From positions 2,852,001 to 2,916,000 of the forward strand of contig OX337232.1 in assembly GCA_946965045.2 (NCBI GenBank): a DNA stretch of 64,000 nucleotides, given 5' to 3'. Below are positions 33,145 to 44,844 of this stretch, piece by piece. The notes below the pieces were generated by a model that made no database searches, was not told the origin of the DNA, and saw only the letters and a program-made list of their open reading frames with translations. Every line of letters begins with the position of its first letter. The stretch's first letter is position 1. Both the position numbers and the translations under genes were made by a program. The DNA is from Epithemia pelagica. Taxonomy: Eukaryota > Protista > Bacillariophyta.

Positions 33145-34730
33145 GGTGGTGGAGGCTTGACTGGAAGTATCGGAAGTATGAGGAGATGGCTTGAGGCCGA
33201 CACAAGGTCCAAAATTGTGTCCAACACTGCAAAATCCTGTCTTGAAAGCATCTTTTTTCGGATTCGTGAGAGACCATCCTGCCGCCGGATCCAAAATTTT
33301 GCGCTTGGTTCATTCGAGCTTGCTACATATACACACAGATCCGATGGATTCGTTCCAGTCGGTTGGATGCTGTCGAGACGAATGGCGTGCTTCCAAAATG
33401 TGGCGCAGTTAGGGTCTGAAAAAATGATGACATAACGTCCCGTAACTTCCATATTTAAGTAAGCAACAGGCTCAACGGAGGTATCCGGTACTCAGTCTTG
33501 CACCCAAATTCCCCCATGCCGTGAACGGATTTGTCAACCGAAGGCACTTGTGCCGTTCCACATTTTTGCTTCGTCGTTGAGATGATAGATATAGTGTCGC
33601 CATGCAAGTAAAATGAAACGAGATCGTTTTACAGGAGTACACTTCGCTTCAACGGAAAATAAAAGTTCGGGCTTGGGATTTTGGGTAAGGTCACTGTCCC
33701 TTGGGGATTGGGGACTCGAAGGAAAACGGACAGGATAGGGCTATCGGGTTAGTACTTAGTACCTAGTCGGTTTCGATGGCCTCTAGTGAAACGAAGGCGC
33801 AAGAGTATGTTCCAGAAAAACAATGCAAAGGACAGAGGAAAGTTCTCCCCAGTACCTCGGCTCCACATAGACAGAATCGTATATCGCTCTTGCTCTGGAC
33901 TGGTTTTGGTGGGAGGAAGCAATCACTACGGAGCTTGTGTTTCGTATCCAACGGGCCAACTTCGAAACATTTGCAACACCATGAATCACTTCCAAGCTAT
34001 GAATTCACGGTTTCTTAGTGGTCTCTATCTAGTATCTTGACAAGTCACTTGATCGGACAACGAAGGTAGCGTCCCTCTTGTAGTTGTCCAACGACATATC
34101 GATTCAACACCTACTCGACTGCAGTAGCTAGTAGAGGAAGGTTTTGAATAAAATGAAGGAGGCAGCGGGCAGGACTACTAGCGGGGTTTCTCCTCATTCC
34201 TTTCCACGCGAGGAGTATGTGGTAGAGAAAGTCTCTTTGCAAGAACTGTCATCCATGTGGAGTTCTATTATTATCCTGAATGTGAGCACTGAGCACTGAG
34301 CACCTCTTGCGCTCTTGAAATTTGAGATAATAGCTAAGGGTCCGAAGAGAAATGACGTCATCTACGCCTTGTTAACGGATCGTTATCGGCCAGGTGTCAA
34401 AATCGGAACCATCATACCGATTGCGAGTTTTCCAGAAACACTATAGACGATGGAGATGGATCAAAGAGTTGGTTCTTCTTATTATTGTTTAGTATGCAAA
34501 AGGATCAAGCCACATTGGGTTGTTTCTCAATCGACAAAAGATTATGTCACGAAATAGAATCATATATATACACGTGCATATCGTATGGAAACCACACCAC
34601 AAGTTTCGTAGCAACACCCATCCAAACGCGCCGAATGATATGGATCCATTTTCCCGTGTCCCATGCCATCCTTTTGCTTGGCTTTTTATGGGTCTGTACT
34701 TGAGGGGCATGTTACATTCGTATGGAGATG

Positions 34731-35244
34731 TTACACCAATTGAATCAACTTGGAGACGGAGACCATGCGACTTTGTCGAGATCCGGCTTGAGCAATCAAG
34801 GCTTCAATTTCGTTTTCAGACAACAAGAGATTGTCGTCCATGCCAATTCTTGTCAAGACCGAATTGATATCGTCGGCCGGGAACATTCGAACGCTTGTAT
34901 TGCCCGAAGGAGACGAGACGGCCCGTGTATTGGGAAAGGCCTTGACGAATTCCTTGCGAAAACGAACCACCGTCTCGCGGGAAAAACTTGACACAAAACC
35001 AAACAAATACAGTCAGACAAGTCATTCGCACACACACATCAAATAGGTCGATGGATGCATGACGACACACGAGGGGAGCGACTTACTGTTGTTGGCGATA
35101 CGTCTCAAAGGCGGTGCGAAGCTTTTGCGTTGGGTCACAATCTGTTGTTGTAGTCGTTGCCGCTACTGCCAAACTTCTTCTTGTCGATGCCATTGTGGCG
35201 GAACGAACCAACTGAGACGATTGCAGAACTGTTCTCATCATCAT
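34731..35244 (-). CDS. Small hypothetical protein with mitochondrial-type presequence (137 aa, 2 exons)
   Basis: Exon 1 35244-35087, GT-AG intron 35086-34987 and exon 2 34986-34731 join in frame (YRQQH|FSRETVVRFRKEFVKA...DDINSVLTRIG...SENEIEALI). The N-terminus is R/S/T/A-rich and lacks acidic residues. Confidence 0.6.
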
Positions 35245-38200
35245 CTTTGTATATAAAAAGCAAAAAACCGACGCGTCGAGGGATGCACAGATACGGCAGC
35301 CAAACAAAATGGATCTTGACAAGAAGAAGAAGAAGACACCAAAAGCTCGTTTTATGGGCACAAGGTCAAAAACTGATTGGATGGAGCGCAATCGATCGAG
35401 CTTCCAAATCCGAATAGGTAAAATTCTTGCGTTTGGATCCAACGAATCCAGCGACTCGACTTGAGAGAATACACGACGGTGTGTGTGTGGATTTGCGCGT
35501 GAGAACAATCAATCACCACCAAGGATTTCTGGATTCCTCGTTTGGTTCCGATTCTCGTTCGTTGTACTCGCTCTTTCGGGTTGGATGGGGATGGAATCGA
35601 ACTGTTTTCCCTCCGATTGCGGGGGTACCTCCCGTCTGTTCTCTATACGGCTATTACCAAATTTTCGAAGAAAATCTAAAAACTATCTCAGTCAAATTTC
35701 TTCTGATTTTGCAAAAAATATAACGTCCAAACCAACTGGATTCGATGTATTGTAGCCGCTTGCGCACCTGCATGGGAACTTTGAGCAAAGAAATCTACGA
35801 GTCGGATTAGTACTCTGTAGTCTATACTGTACTCTTCATGGTGCAGTGGCTCAAGCTTCACGGAACAATCGCAAATCGCACACCCCAACCCTGAAATACA
35901 CACACATGCTTGATGCTTGGCAATGCACCTACCAACGAAAGCTCCTGGCACTTTGTCTATGGCTAAGATGAAGGCATAGTCCACATGCTCCTAATATCTT
36001 TCTACTCTTTTTAGTTAAGGCTTCCTGGGCTTCTCCATAGCAGGATGAAGCTGTCCTTCGTTTGACTTCGTCGTCCGAACTTCATTGCAGTGGTTGATTG
36101 TCATGTTCTCATCCTTCCTTTGATGCATGCCGCGTTGACTTGTGATCTAGGAGGATTATTTTGGCCACAAAGTTGTCACTGTGGTCGGTCATCCGGCTGG
36201 ATTGTTTTCTTTTGGTTTTTGGTGTGGCCATTGTGGTCTTTCATGGTGTTGCTCGAAAAGTGAGACGATTCATGCCACCAATAACCAATAACCTTACGAT
36301 TGGGGCGTGACCGACGTGACAGGCGCGTCGATTTGGAACGATTGAAGTCAGGCTGGCGCTTTGACACGGCTGGCGCTTTGGGAAAAAATACTACAGACAA
36401 TTTTTTCCTCTCGGATGACGGACGAACAAAGGTACACACCCATCCGAACTTTTTGTGTGATCAAGTCGCAAGACCCAACAAACAAACAAACCACAAACGT
36501 GGATATGTCTGCGATGTGTGGATTCTTCGTGCAGGTGTCGCAGAAGGTGTCGTCCCATTCGCTCGTTCGGATGCAGTTTCTGTTCCCGAGATGTTGACCA
36601 GGTACTATTTTCTCTACTGTGCCCTTCGGCGCACCCAATCCACTGAGTACTCAAATATCCTATACTCGTACTGATAGAGGATGGAATTGCGTTGGGCAAA
36701 AAGTTCTGGTGCAGCCAGTGTACTTTCGTTAAGTGCGACATGACTTAAACCAATCAAATATGGTTCTGGACCGAAAAGATCACTGGGATGCACGTGGAAG
36801 GGTGAAAACTTCCGTTCGCCGCACAGAAGCGACAAGAAAAAGACACGTGCTCCAAGGGTGCTTCGGGGGGATCTTGGGGGACTGCGCGAAGAATCCTTGC
36901 GACAGCTGAACCCATCCTCACAATTTAACATGATCGATGATAAGAGTGGAGATGGAGAGAAGCTCGTTCGTCCAGCTGATGATCCATTCCTCACTACTAT
37001 GCGACACATAGGTACGCACTTCCAGAGCCGAAACTCGAAACTGCACAAGCTCTCAAGTCAACAAACATTGAGACTGTGGCGCATTTGGAATTGCAACCAA
37101 CGAGCTCAACACCTAAACAATCTGTTTGTTCGTCATGTTGACTGCTGACTATCGTACTCCTGTCTAGGTAGTAACGTCGATGCAGAGTGCTCGGTGTTTC
37201 CATTCCACAAGTTGTTCCTGTTCTTCGCTCGCACAATCGCAAAGGTGATTGGCGTCGGCGTCGACAAGAGCCCTTTGGTCTTTTTCCCAGCAGCGCCTTA
37301 GCCTCGAGTGGTTCCATGGATCCCACGTTAACCAAGAACGCAATTCGTTCCTAATGGCCATTCCCCACTGTTTTTTTCTCAAGATCATCATTGTGCCGCC
37401 AACGTAGGTCTGAGTTTGGGCATGGGCATGAGCCATTATTGTCATCCACAGTTTTTGCCTTCCAACAGAACTGCAGTCTATGATAACAACAACCATCGCG
37501 TGATTCTGTTGGTTCGACAAGGGCTCTTTTTCCAATGGTACGATATGCCTGGAACTGGAATGCAGCTAAACAGACTGTTGTGGAGTCGACCATTGCCAGT
37601 TCTGTTACGTGGACTAAAGAAAGCAGTAGGTACCATAGTTGGGGTAGGACAGGAATTGCAAGAATCACCCGGAGGAAAAGAGATTTCCAGTGGGTGATAA
37701 GGATTAGTGATTAAAACATCATTATCAGCGAAAACAACCTGGCTCAGGACGAGAAAATTCGAGTCGCGTAGTTTCCGAGCGCCCTCGAGAATCGTCGTCG
37801 TCCTCATTCGTCTTCGATTAGTTCATGACTAAATAAGAAAGAAAAAACCCTTGTATTAATACCACATTCATCTTTGTTCTCCGACGGTAGAATCATGAGG
37901 CCATGTCAAAGTATTCATTTCCTGGTGACAGCAGTCTCCATGGGGCCGGTCTGCGGATCGACCACGATCCAGGTAGAGGTGAGTCGCCACTGCCACCACC
38001 TCGTGCCTCGGATGATGATGAGTGTTGCATCATGTCGCGGCGCAGAAACGATGTTGAACTCCATACTTACAAATAAGTGTCTTTTGGATTTGATATGATC
38101 CATCAAATTGCATAACGCTCCAGATTCCAACAAGTCTACAAAGGGAGCCATCAGGCTATGACCACAATCCTGCCTTGTTCGGAATGCCTCCTTATGGTGG

Positions 38201-38442
38201 ATCCATTCATCAGCAACTGTATTACACCATGGATCCAATGTGTTCCGGTTCCCATGAGTTCGAGGGAGAATCCTTCCCAAGCAACCCAACACCGAAAAGT
38301 CCGTTTATCTTGATGGTGGATCGTGGAGGACGTTGTTCCTTTGTCCACAAAGTTCGTAGAGCGCAACGGTTTGGTGCATCGGCAGTCTTGATTGCCGACC
38401 ACACGTGTGTCTGTCACCGCTCCAACTGCACCCAGCCATTGG

Positions 38443-38679
38443 TGTCGTGACAGTGGGGAAGTATGCATGCTAGTGGGGTAGCAGCCTTGGAGCGCGCGAG
38501 TCGAGCCAAGAAAGTAGAATAACTCCCACACACAGTTTGGAATCATAATTTTCGCTTTGTTTGATTGTTGCATCTCTTCTCCCTTCCGTTCCCTGCCTAC
38601 CGTCATCATTTGTTGACCATAGCGATCATTTGACCGCTGAGTACGACAAGAGACGCATCTATAACGATAGATTGCGGCA
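38443..38679 (+). repeat. 5' LTR (237 bp)
   Basis: TGTCGTGACAG...GATTGCGGCA, matching 44608-44844. Confidence 0.95.
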
Positions 38680-38786
38680 GGTTATAAGCCCAAGTTGAAG
38701 GGTTTGTGAGCATACAAGCGAAAAGACGAGATTTGGAATCGTAACAACGACGCAACGGCAAGAAGGAAGAAACGACGACGACTACC

Positions 38787-40265
38787 ATGTCAACAGGAGC
38801 GACAACGGCTCCTCCTTTAACACCACGACCGACTCCACCGAGAGCACCGACGAGACCACGGTTAGGTGGGTTGAATGGCATCCATCCATGGACTGGAGGA
38901 AGGCCAACAGACAACACGTTCACCGCAACGACGCGAACTGTTCCACGTAGCCCCTACTGCTACCAGTTGCAGGACCCAACAGAGGCTCACAAAGGACTTA
39001 AGTACAAGACAACGATCTTGACAAGCGACACCGATTCGCGAAAGTTTACCAGAGACGAGAAGGAACTGACCATTGAACAGTTTGCAGAAATGGTGTCAGA
39101 GCATGTGGAGTTTCACGGAATGGATGCTGAGTTCTACCTTCCAGATCCCCAGAATCCGACACAATTGGTCAACATTCTGCATGAGGACTCGGAGTTCTCA
39201 CCCGCTTATGTTGTCACACACTTCCGAAATGCTCAAGCAGCGACAACACCACTGTATGACGATTACTCCACTAACAATATGGACCTCGCATACAAAGCAA
39301 TCATGGCTGTGTTGGATGAAACGGTGAAAACAAGCATTCGGCCACTCCTACCTAGAGATCTGCGCTACGGACCCATTCTTTGGATTTACGTCGTTCGCGA
39401 AGTGCGCACAGCCTCATTCCAACGAATCAAGGCTCTCAAAACCCAGTTAGAGTCTCTCAAGCTGCGGCAAACACCAGGCGAAGATGTTAAGGTGTTTACA
39501 ACCAAGTTTCTTCAAACTTGCGTTGAGTTGGGTCGCAATGTGCCAAGTGATGCTCCTTTCATCCTCAATGAGCAGCTGTGTACGTCTTCGGTTGAACAGT
39601 TTCGAGTGAAATTTATGGCACGGAGTACTGCCGTGAACCAGTGGGTCACAAAAGTGCATGGCTTATCCAAAGCTACCATTGATGCACGCTCAGCTGAACC
39701 TGACTATGTTTCTGTGCAAGACTTGGTTGAAGAAGCAAATGCAGAGTACACCCTCCTTTCGACTGCCGACCGCTGGGGCCCATCCGGAAAGGCCGATTCG
39801 GGAAACCCACCGGAAGCATTGACCTTCACCAAAGCTGAAATAAACAATCTCGTGCAGAAACAAGTGTCTGCTGCGCTCAAGAACAAGAATGTTAATGGTA
39901 AAGGCGGAGGCAATGGACGCAAATGCTATCTTTGTGGTTCCGAAGACCATCTAAAGAAAGACTGTCCCAAGAACCCTGCAAACCAACACGGTGGCGACAA
40001 GACCAACAAAAAGTCTAAAGCCCCCAAAGCACCATGGAAATCTATTGCGCCTGGACCAAACGAACCAGAAACGAAAAATGTGAACGGCACTGACTGGCAC
40101 TGGTGTGCCATTTGTGGTTTCTGGCGATTGTCCCATGGCACCGCCACACATCGAAATGACTTGCCTTCTTCGCAAACTGGCGACAAGAAAACAGCCAAAT
40201 CTGCTGGAGCAGCCTCCTTAGCTTTTGTTGGCGCTGCATCCATCCTTGATGACGATGAAGAATGA
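38787..40265 (+). CDS. gag: Copia Gag with CCHC zinc knuckle
   Basis: CYLCGSEDHLKKDC knuckle plus a second WHWCAICGFWRLSHGTATH Cys/His motif. Confidence 0.88.
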   Translation: MSTGATTAPPLTPRPTPPRAPTRPRLGGLNGIHPWTGGRPTDNTFTATTRTVPRSPYCYQLQDPTEAHKGLKYKTTILTSDTDSRKFTRDEKELTIEQFAEMVSEHVEFHGMDAEFYLPDPQNPTQLVNILHEDSEFSPAYVVTHFRNAQAATTPLYDDYSTNNMDLAYKAIMAVLDETVKTSIRPLLPRDLRYGPILWIYVVREVRTASFQRIKALKTQLESLKLRQTPGEDVKVFTTKFLQTCVELGRNVPSDAPFILNEQLCTSSVEQFRVKFMARSTAVNQWVTKVHGLSKATIDARSAEPDYVSVQDLVEEANAEYTLLSTADRWGPSGKADSGNPPEALTFTKAEINNLVQKQVSAALKNKNVNGKGGGNGRKCYLCGSEDHLKKDCPKNPANQHGGDKTNKKSKAPKAPWKSIAPGPNEPETKNVNGTDWHWCAICGFWRLSHGTATHRNDLPSSQTGDKKTAKSAGAASLAFVGAASILDDDEE

Positions 40266-43200
40266 CTGGTTGGGCGGATTCTGCTTTCCCTTTGGAGTTT
40301 CTTGGTATTGCTGAATCCACAGCCCATTTTATCCTTCGTCTTTGATTGTTGTTTGCGATTGATTCTCGCCATCGGGCGACTACTACACCAAAACCTTTGG
40401 CCTCGCAAACCGTATCGTCGGCATCGCCGTGCCTGTCGCTACTATCGTCGCTCGCCACTTGCAGTCTTACCCAAGCTGCTCGTGTGCTATTCTGCCATAA
40501 TCATGAGCACCCAAGCCATGACAAACGTACTTGGCGCACCGTTACACAAGTTTCCTTCGTTGATTGTCGCAAGTCGGCAATTCGACCACCGTGTCCGTGG
40601 TCCTCCTCGCTGGCATGATCGTCATGCGCCACGCGCTAGAGTTCCGACGCAAGAGCCCGACGAAGTGGAACCAACGCCCTTCGACTTTCCGGAGCCACCT
40701 ACTACGGGACGGCCTCCTCCTGAGATCCCAGAATTCGCCTTGCTGCTTCCACCCAACAACACAGAAGCCAATGTTGCTGCACCGTCAACAGAGGGAGCTG
40801 ACGTACCATTCACATGGACATCGCTCTTCTCTTCGAAACCAAAAGACTCTTTCCTGGTGACCTTCGATTCAGGGGCAACGATAACCATCTCGCCTACCAA
40901 AACTGATTTTGTTGAGTATACCGAAGTGGAAGGTTCCGTCTTGCAAGGATTAGCCAAGGGTCTTCCGATTGCTGGAACCGGGAAAGTCTGTTGGGGTATG
41001 ACCGTTGATGATGGAACTACAACGACCATCACCACGCCTGCATACCATGTACCTACCGCTCGTTGTCGTTTGCTTTCACCGCAAAGTTATCTTCAACATA
41101 GTGCCGAGGCCGGTCAAGACTCTCCAGAAAGCTTTGTCATCCGTGGAGCCAAATTTGAATATCACAAAAGTCACGCAAAACATGCCTCTGTCTCTTACAG
41201 TGAAGACAACAACCTTCCAACGTGCTCCATGTGGAATACCAAACCCTCCGTGCCTGCACCGGCAGCCAATACAACTGGGTGTGTTACCAACGAGCACAAC
41301 CCCAACCTTACATCGCCTCAGAAGGAGCTCCTGAAATGGCATTATCGTTTGTGCCATCAGGGCCTTGCTTCGCTCCAACGTTTGATGAAAACCGGCGCCC
41401 TTGGCAACTCTCCTTTGTTGCGCGCCGCCTCCAAGTGTGATCTCCCCAAATGTGCGAGCTGTGAATTTGGCAAAGCCACCCGTCGTCCGACAGACACTAC
41501 CACGAAAACCTCTGTGCCTGAGAGGGAGTATGGCCTTAAGAAGGAAAACCTGTTCCCTGGCCAACGTGTCTCGATGGACCATTTCACCGTTACGCAGAAG
41601 GGTCGCCTGTACTCGTCCAAAGGCAAAACCCACACCGACAGTATGTATTCGGGCGGTTGTATCTTCGTCGACCATGCAACAGGCGACATCCACATCGAAC
41701 ATCTCGTCAATTTTACAGCCACAGAGACTATCGCGGCTAAACAACGATACGAGAAACGCATGTTTGACATGGGAGTGACTGTCCAAGCCTACCAATCGGA
41801 CAATGGCATCTTTGCTTCGAAAGCTTTCGTGCAAGAAATTGAGAATGGTCTACAGAATATTAAGTTTAGTGGAGTTGGAGCGCATCACCAGAATGGCATC
41901 GCAGAGCGCGGCATTGGTACCATCCTTACAAAAGTCCGCACAATCTTGATTCACGCTGCCATTCGATGGCCTGACGCCGCTGATATGAGCTTGTGGCCTA
42001 TGGCCGTGGACTATGTCGTGCACCAGCACAACCATATGCCGAGAGCCAGTGCAGGAATGATGTCTCCGTTGGAATTGGTTTTACGGACGAAAGTGTCGCG
42101 TGCCTCTTTTCAGGACATGCATGTTTGGGGCTGTCCGTGTTACGTTCTTGAGCCGACCCTTCAGGACGGACACAAGCTGCCAAAGTGGAAGCCCCGTTCT
42201 CGCCGTGGAATTTTTCTCGGATTCTCTCGTCGTCATTCGTCGCGTGTACCATTGGTCTTGAATACTCGGACCGGTCACATCTCGCCGCAGTTTCACGTCG
42301 TCTTTGACGTTTGGTTTACCAGCGTCATTGGAACAGCCCGCGACGAACCATTTGATGCCAACCAGTGGACCCAACTCTTTGCAGATTCGAGGTACCACTA
42401 TGCTTTCGACGACGACGACCCCGTCGTTCTGGCTGATGAGTGGATGGACCGATATGCCGACAACGCTGAACGTTCTGCACAAATTCGGCAAGGCCAAGAC
42501 CAGCCTCAGCAGCAGAGGGAGCCTCCGCCACCTCGAACAGACGATGTATTGCAGGATCAGAGGGAGAGGCAACATCCTCCTAACCCTGATTCTCCTCCGT
42601 TACAACAACAACGTCCTGAACAGCCTCGAGAGACAGAAGAACCGCCGCCAGCACCACCGGATGGAACCGACGAGCCAGTGTTTGATCCGCCACCACCGCC
42701 TGTGCCGCCGTCACCAAACTTGCCTTCCTCCCCTTCTCCAGGAGTACGACGCTCCGGTAGACAACGAAAACCTCCTCTCCGTTGGGGTTATGATGGAACC
42801 CAAGGAGCAGGATATCAAGCCCTGAAGAGTTTCGCTCTCTTTGTTTCAGACGCCACGACAACGGCTGCTTATCAAGCCTATCTGGATGTCGATGATGAAA
42901 CAGACACGTACGGATTCCGTGATCCAATTGTGTACCAAGCCTCAACAAAGTCCAAGAAGAAGGATCCCGACTTGCCTTCGTACTTTGAAGCAATGACCGG
43001 GGACGACCGCGAGGGATTCACCAAAGCAATGGGAAACGAAGTCCGTGAATTAGAAGGAAAACACACATGGGACTTAGAGAAACGCTCCACCATGGAAGCA
43101 AAAGGTCGCAAAGCATTGCCCTCAACGTGGGCATTCCGGCGCAAACGGTATCCAGATGGATCCATTCGGAAACTAAAAGCAAGGTTGTGTGTGCGAGGCG

Positions 43201-44558
43201 ACAAACAGATCGAAGGAGTAGATTTCTTTGAAACCTACTCTCCTGTCGTGCAATGGACAACGATCCGCCTTGTTTTATTGTTGAGTCTGGTGTTCAATTG
43301 GGTGACAGTCCAAACGGACTATTCGAATGCGTTCGCCCAAGCGACTCTCGAAGAAGACGTGTATATGGAGCTGCCGAAGGATTTCGCCCCACAGGATAGC
43401 ACAGAAGATTATGTCTTGCGATTGCGCAAAACCTTATATGGCCTGAGACAAGCTCCCCTTTCTTGGTATGATCATTTGAAAGGCCACCTGGAGCAGCGTG
43501 GCTTCACTCAGAGCAAATATGATCCATGCCTTTTCTTTGATGCGACAAAGCAAATATTGTGCCTTGTCTACATTGATGATGTGATTTGGGTGGCACCGGA
43601 TGAAGCAAGAATTCTTAAAGTCTTGGACTCTTTGAAAGACGATCTCGAACTGACAGTAGAGGGAGACGTCTCCGCCTATCTGGGTATCGCCTTTGAACGA
43701 CTGGATGACGGCCAAATTAAGTTGAAACAGTTGGGACTGATTGAACGAGTGTTGAAAGCAACAGGGTTGCAAGAGTGCAATCCGGATAAGACTCCTGCGA
43801 GTCAGACTCCACTTGGAACAGACAAGGATGGAGCTGAGTTTTGCGAGAAATGGAGCTACTCGTCAGTGGTCGGCATGTTACTTTATTTGGCATCCAACTC
43901 CAGGCCGGAGATTGCGTTCGCCGTGCACCAGTGTGCAAGATTTACCCATAATCCAAAAGCCTCCCATGGACAAGCTGTCAAACGGATATGCCGATATTTG
44001 AAAGGGACCAAAGACCGAGGAATGATCTTGACACCGTCCAAACACTTGACCGTTGATTGCTATGTTGATTCGGACTTTGCCGGACAATGGAATGCCGAGG
44101 ATCCACAGGATCCATTGTGTGTAAAATCAAGAACCGGATATGTCTTGATGGTGGCCGGGTGCCCTGTTCACTGGGTATCAAAGCTTCAATCGGAGATTGC
44201 TGTGTCCACAATGGAAGCTGAGTACATCGCTCTCAGTCTTGCCATGCGTGATTTGCTACCGCTTCGGGGACTGGTTGCTGAAATTAAGGGAATGTTTGGC
44301 GCCAAGATCCTTCCATGCCGTGCCTATTCAAAAGTCTTCGAGGATAACAATGGGGCTTTGCTCTTGGCCACAACACCAAAGATGACGCCCAGATCAAAAC
44401 ATATTGCTGTGAAGTACCACTTTTTCAAGGAGAATGTCTCAAGGGGTGAGATTCAACTTGTAAAAGTCGCTTCCAAAGATCAAATTGCTGACTGTCTTAC
44501 CAAGGGGTTGGATAAGACTTTATTCGTCCGAGCAAGAGAGATGCTAGCTGGATGGTGA
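40266..44558 (+). CDS. pol: Copia Pol (protease, integrase, reverse transcriptase, RNase H), in frame with gag after a single TGA
   Basis: FDSGA protease, WHYRLCH...CASC HHCC, SMDH/SDNG/QNGIAER DDE core, WAFRRK...KARLCVRG and LVYIDD RT, YVDSDFAG/EAEY/EDN/ADCLTK RNase H. Confidence 0.93.
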   Translation: MVGRILLSLWSFLVLLNPQPILSFVFDCCLRLILAIGRLLHQNLWPRKPYRRHRRACRYYRRSPLAVLPKLLVCYSAIIMSTQAMTNVLGAPLHKFPSLIVASRQFDHRVRGPPRWHDRHAPRARVPTQEPDEVEPTPFDFPEPPTTGRPPPEIPEFALLLPPNNTEANVAAPSTEGADVPFTWTSLFSSKPKDSFLVTFDSGATITISPTKTDFVEYTEVEGSVLQGLAKGLPIAGTGKVCWGMTVDDGTTTTITTPAYHVPTARCRLLSPQSYLQHSAEAGQDSPESFVIRGAKFEYHKSHAKHASVSYSEDNNLPTCSMWNTKPSVPAPAANTTGCVTNEHNPNLTSPQKELLKWHYRLCHQGLASLQRLMKTGALGNSPLLRAASKCDLPKCASCEFGKATRRPTDTTTKTSVPEREYGLKKENLFPGQRVSMDHFTVTQKGRLYSSKGKTHTDSMYSGGCIFVDHATGDIHIEHLVNFTATETIAAKQRYEKRMFDMGVTVQAYQSDNGIFASKAFVQEIENGLQNIKFSGVGAHHQNGIAERGIGTILTKVRTILIHAAIRWPDAADMSLWPMAVDYVVHQHNHMPRASAGMMSPLELVLRTKVSRASFQDMHVWGCPCYVLEPTLQDGHKLPKWKPRSRRGIFLGFSRRHSSRVPLVLNTRTGHISPQFHVVFDVWFTSVIGTARDEPFDANQWTQLFADSRYHYAFDDDDPVVLADEWMDRYADNAERSAQIRQGQDQPQQQREPPPPRTDDVLQDQRERQHPPNPDSPPLQQQRPEQPRETEEPPPAPPDGTDEPVFDPPPPPVPPSPNLPSSPSPGVRRSGRQRKPPLRWGYDGTQGAGYQALKSFALFVSDATTTAAYQAYLDVDDETDTYGFRDPIVYQASTKSKKKDPDLPSYFEAMTGDDREGFTKAMGNEVRELEGKHTWDLEKRSTMEAKGRKALPSTWAFRRKRYPDGSIRKLKARLCVRGDKQIEGVDFFETYSPVVQWTTIRLVLLLSLVFNWVTVQTDYSNAFAQATLEEDVYMELPKDFAPQDSTEDYVLRLRKTLYGLRQAPLSWYDHLKGHLEQRGFTQSKYDPCLFFDATKQILCLVYIDDVIWVAPDEARILKVLDSLKDDLELTVEGDVSAYLGIAFERLDDGQIKLKQLGLIERVLKATGLQECNPDKTPASQTPLGTDKDGAEFCEKWSYSSVVGMLLYLASNSRPEIAFAVHQCARFTHNPKASHGQAVKRICRYLKGTKDRGMILTPSKHLTVDCYVDSDFAGQWNAEDPQDPLCVKSRTGYVLMVAGCPVHWVSKLQSEIAVSTMEAEYIALSLAMRDLLPLRGLVAEIKGMFGAKILPCRAYSKVFEDNNGALLLATTPKMTPRSKHIAVKYHFFKENVSRGEIQLVKVASKDQIADCLTKGLDKTLFVRAREMLAGW

Positions 44559-44607
44559 ACCAAACTATGATTGCTCAACTGCAATCGCTCCTCCGTCTGA
44601 GAGGGAG

Positions 44608-44844
44608 TGTCGTGACAGTGGGGAAGTATGCATGCTAGTGGGGTAGCAGCCTTGGAGCGCGCGAGTCGAGCCAAGAAAGTAGAATAACTCCCACACACAG
44701 TTTGGAATCATAATTTTCGCTTTGTTTGATTGTTGCATCTCTTCTCCCTTCCGTTCCCTGCCTACCGTCATCATTTGTTGACCATAGCGATCATTTGACC
44801 GCTGAGTACGACAAGAGACGCATCTATAACGATAGATTGCGGCA
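44608..44844 (+). repeat. 3' LTR (237 bp)
   Basis: Identical by eye to the 5' LTR and preceded by a polypurine tract. Confidence 0.95.

Larger units (their letters stand above)
38443..44844 (+). mobile_element. Full-length Ty1/copia (CoDi-like) LTR retrotransposon, 6402 bp
   Basis: Two 237-bp TG...CA LTRs, identical by eye. 5-bp TSD ATTGG at 38438-38442 and 44845-44849. PBS-like GGTTATAAGCCC at 38680 and PPT GAGAGGGAG at 44599-44607. Domain order gag-PR-INT-RT-RH. Confidence 0.96.

Noticed and set aside
36170-37810. Short ORFs suggesting a decayed gene or transposon (one kinase-like RHDLNQSNMVLD stretch)
   Set aside because: Motifs are out of order and interrupted by stops; no family can be supported without a search.
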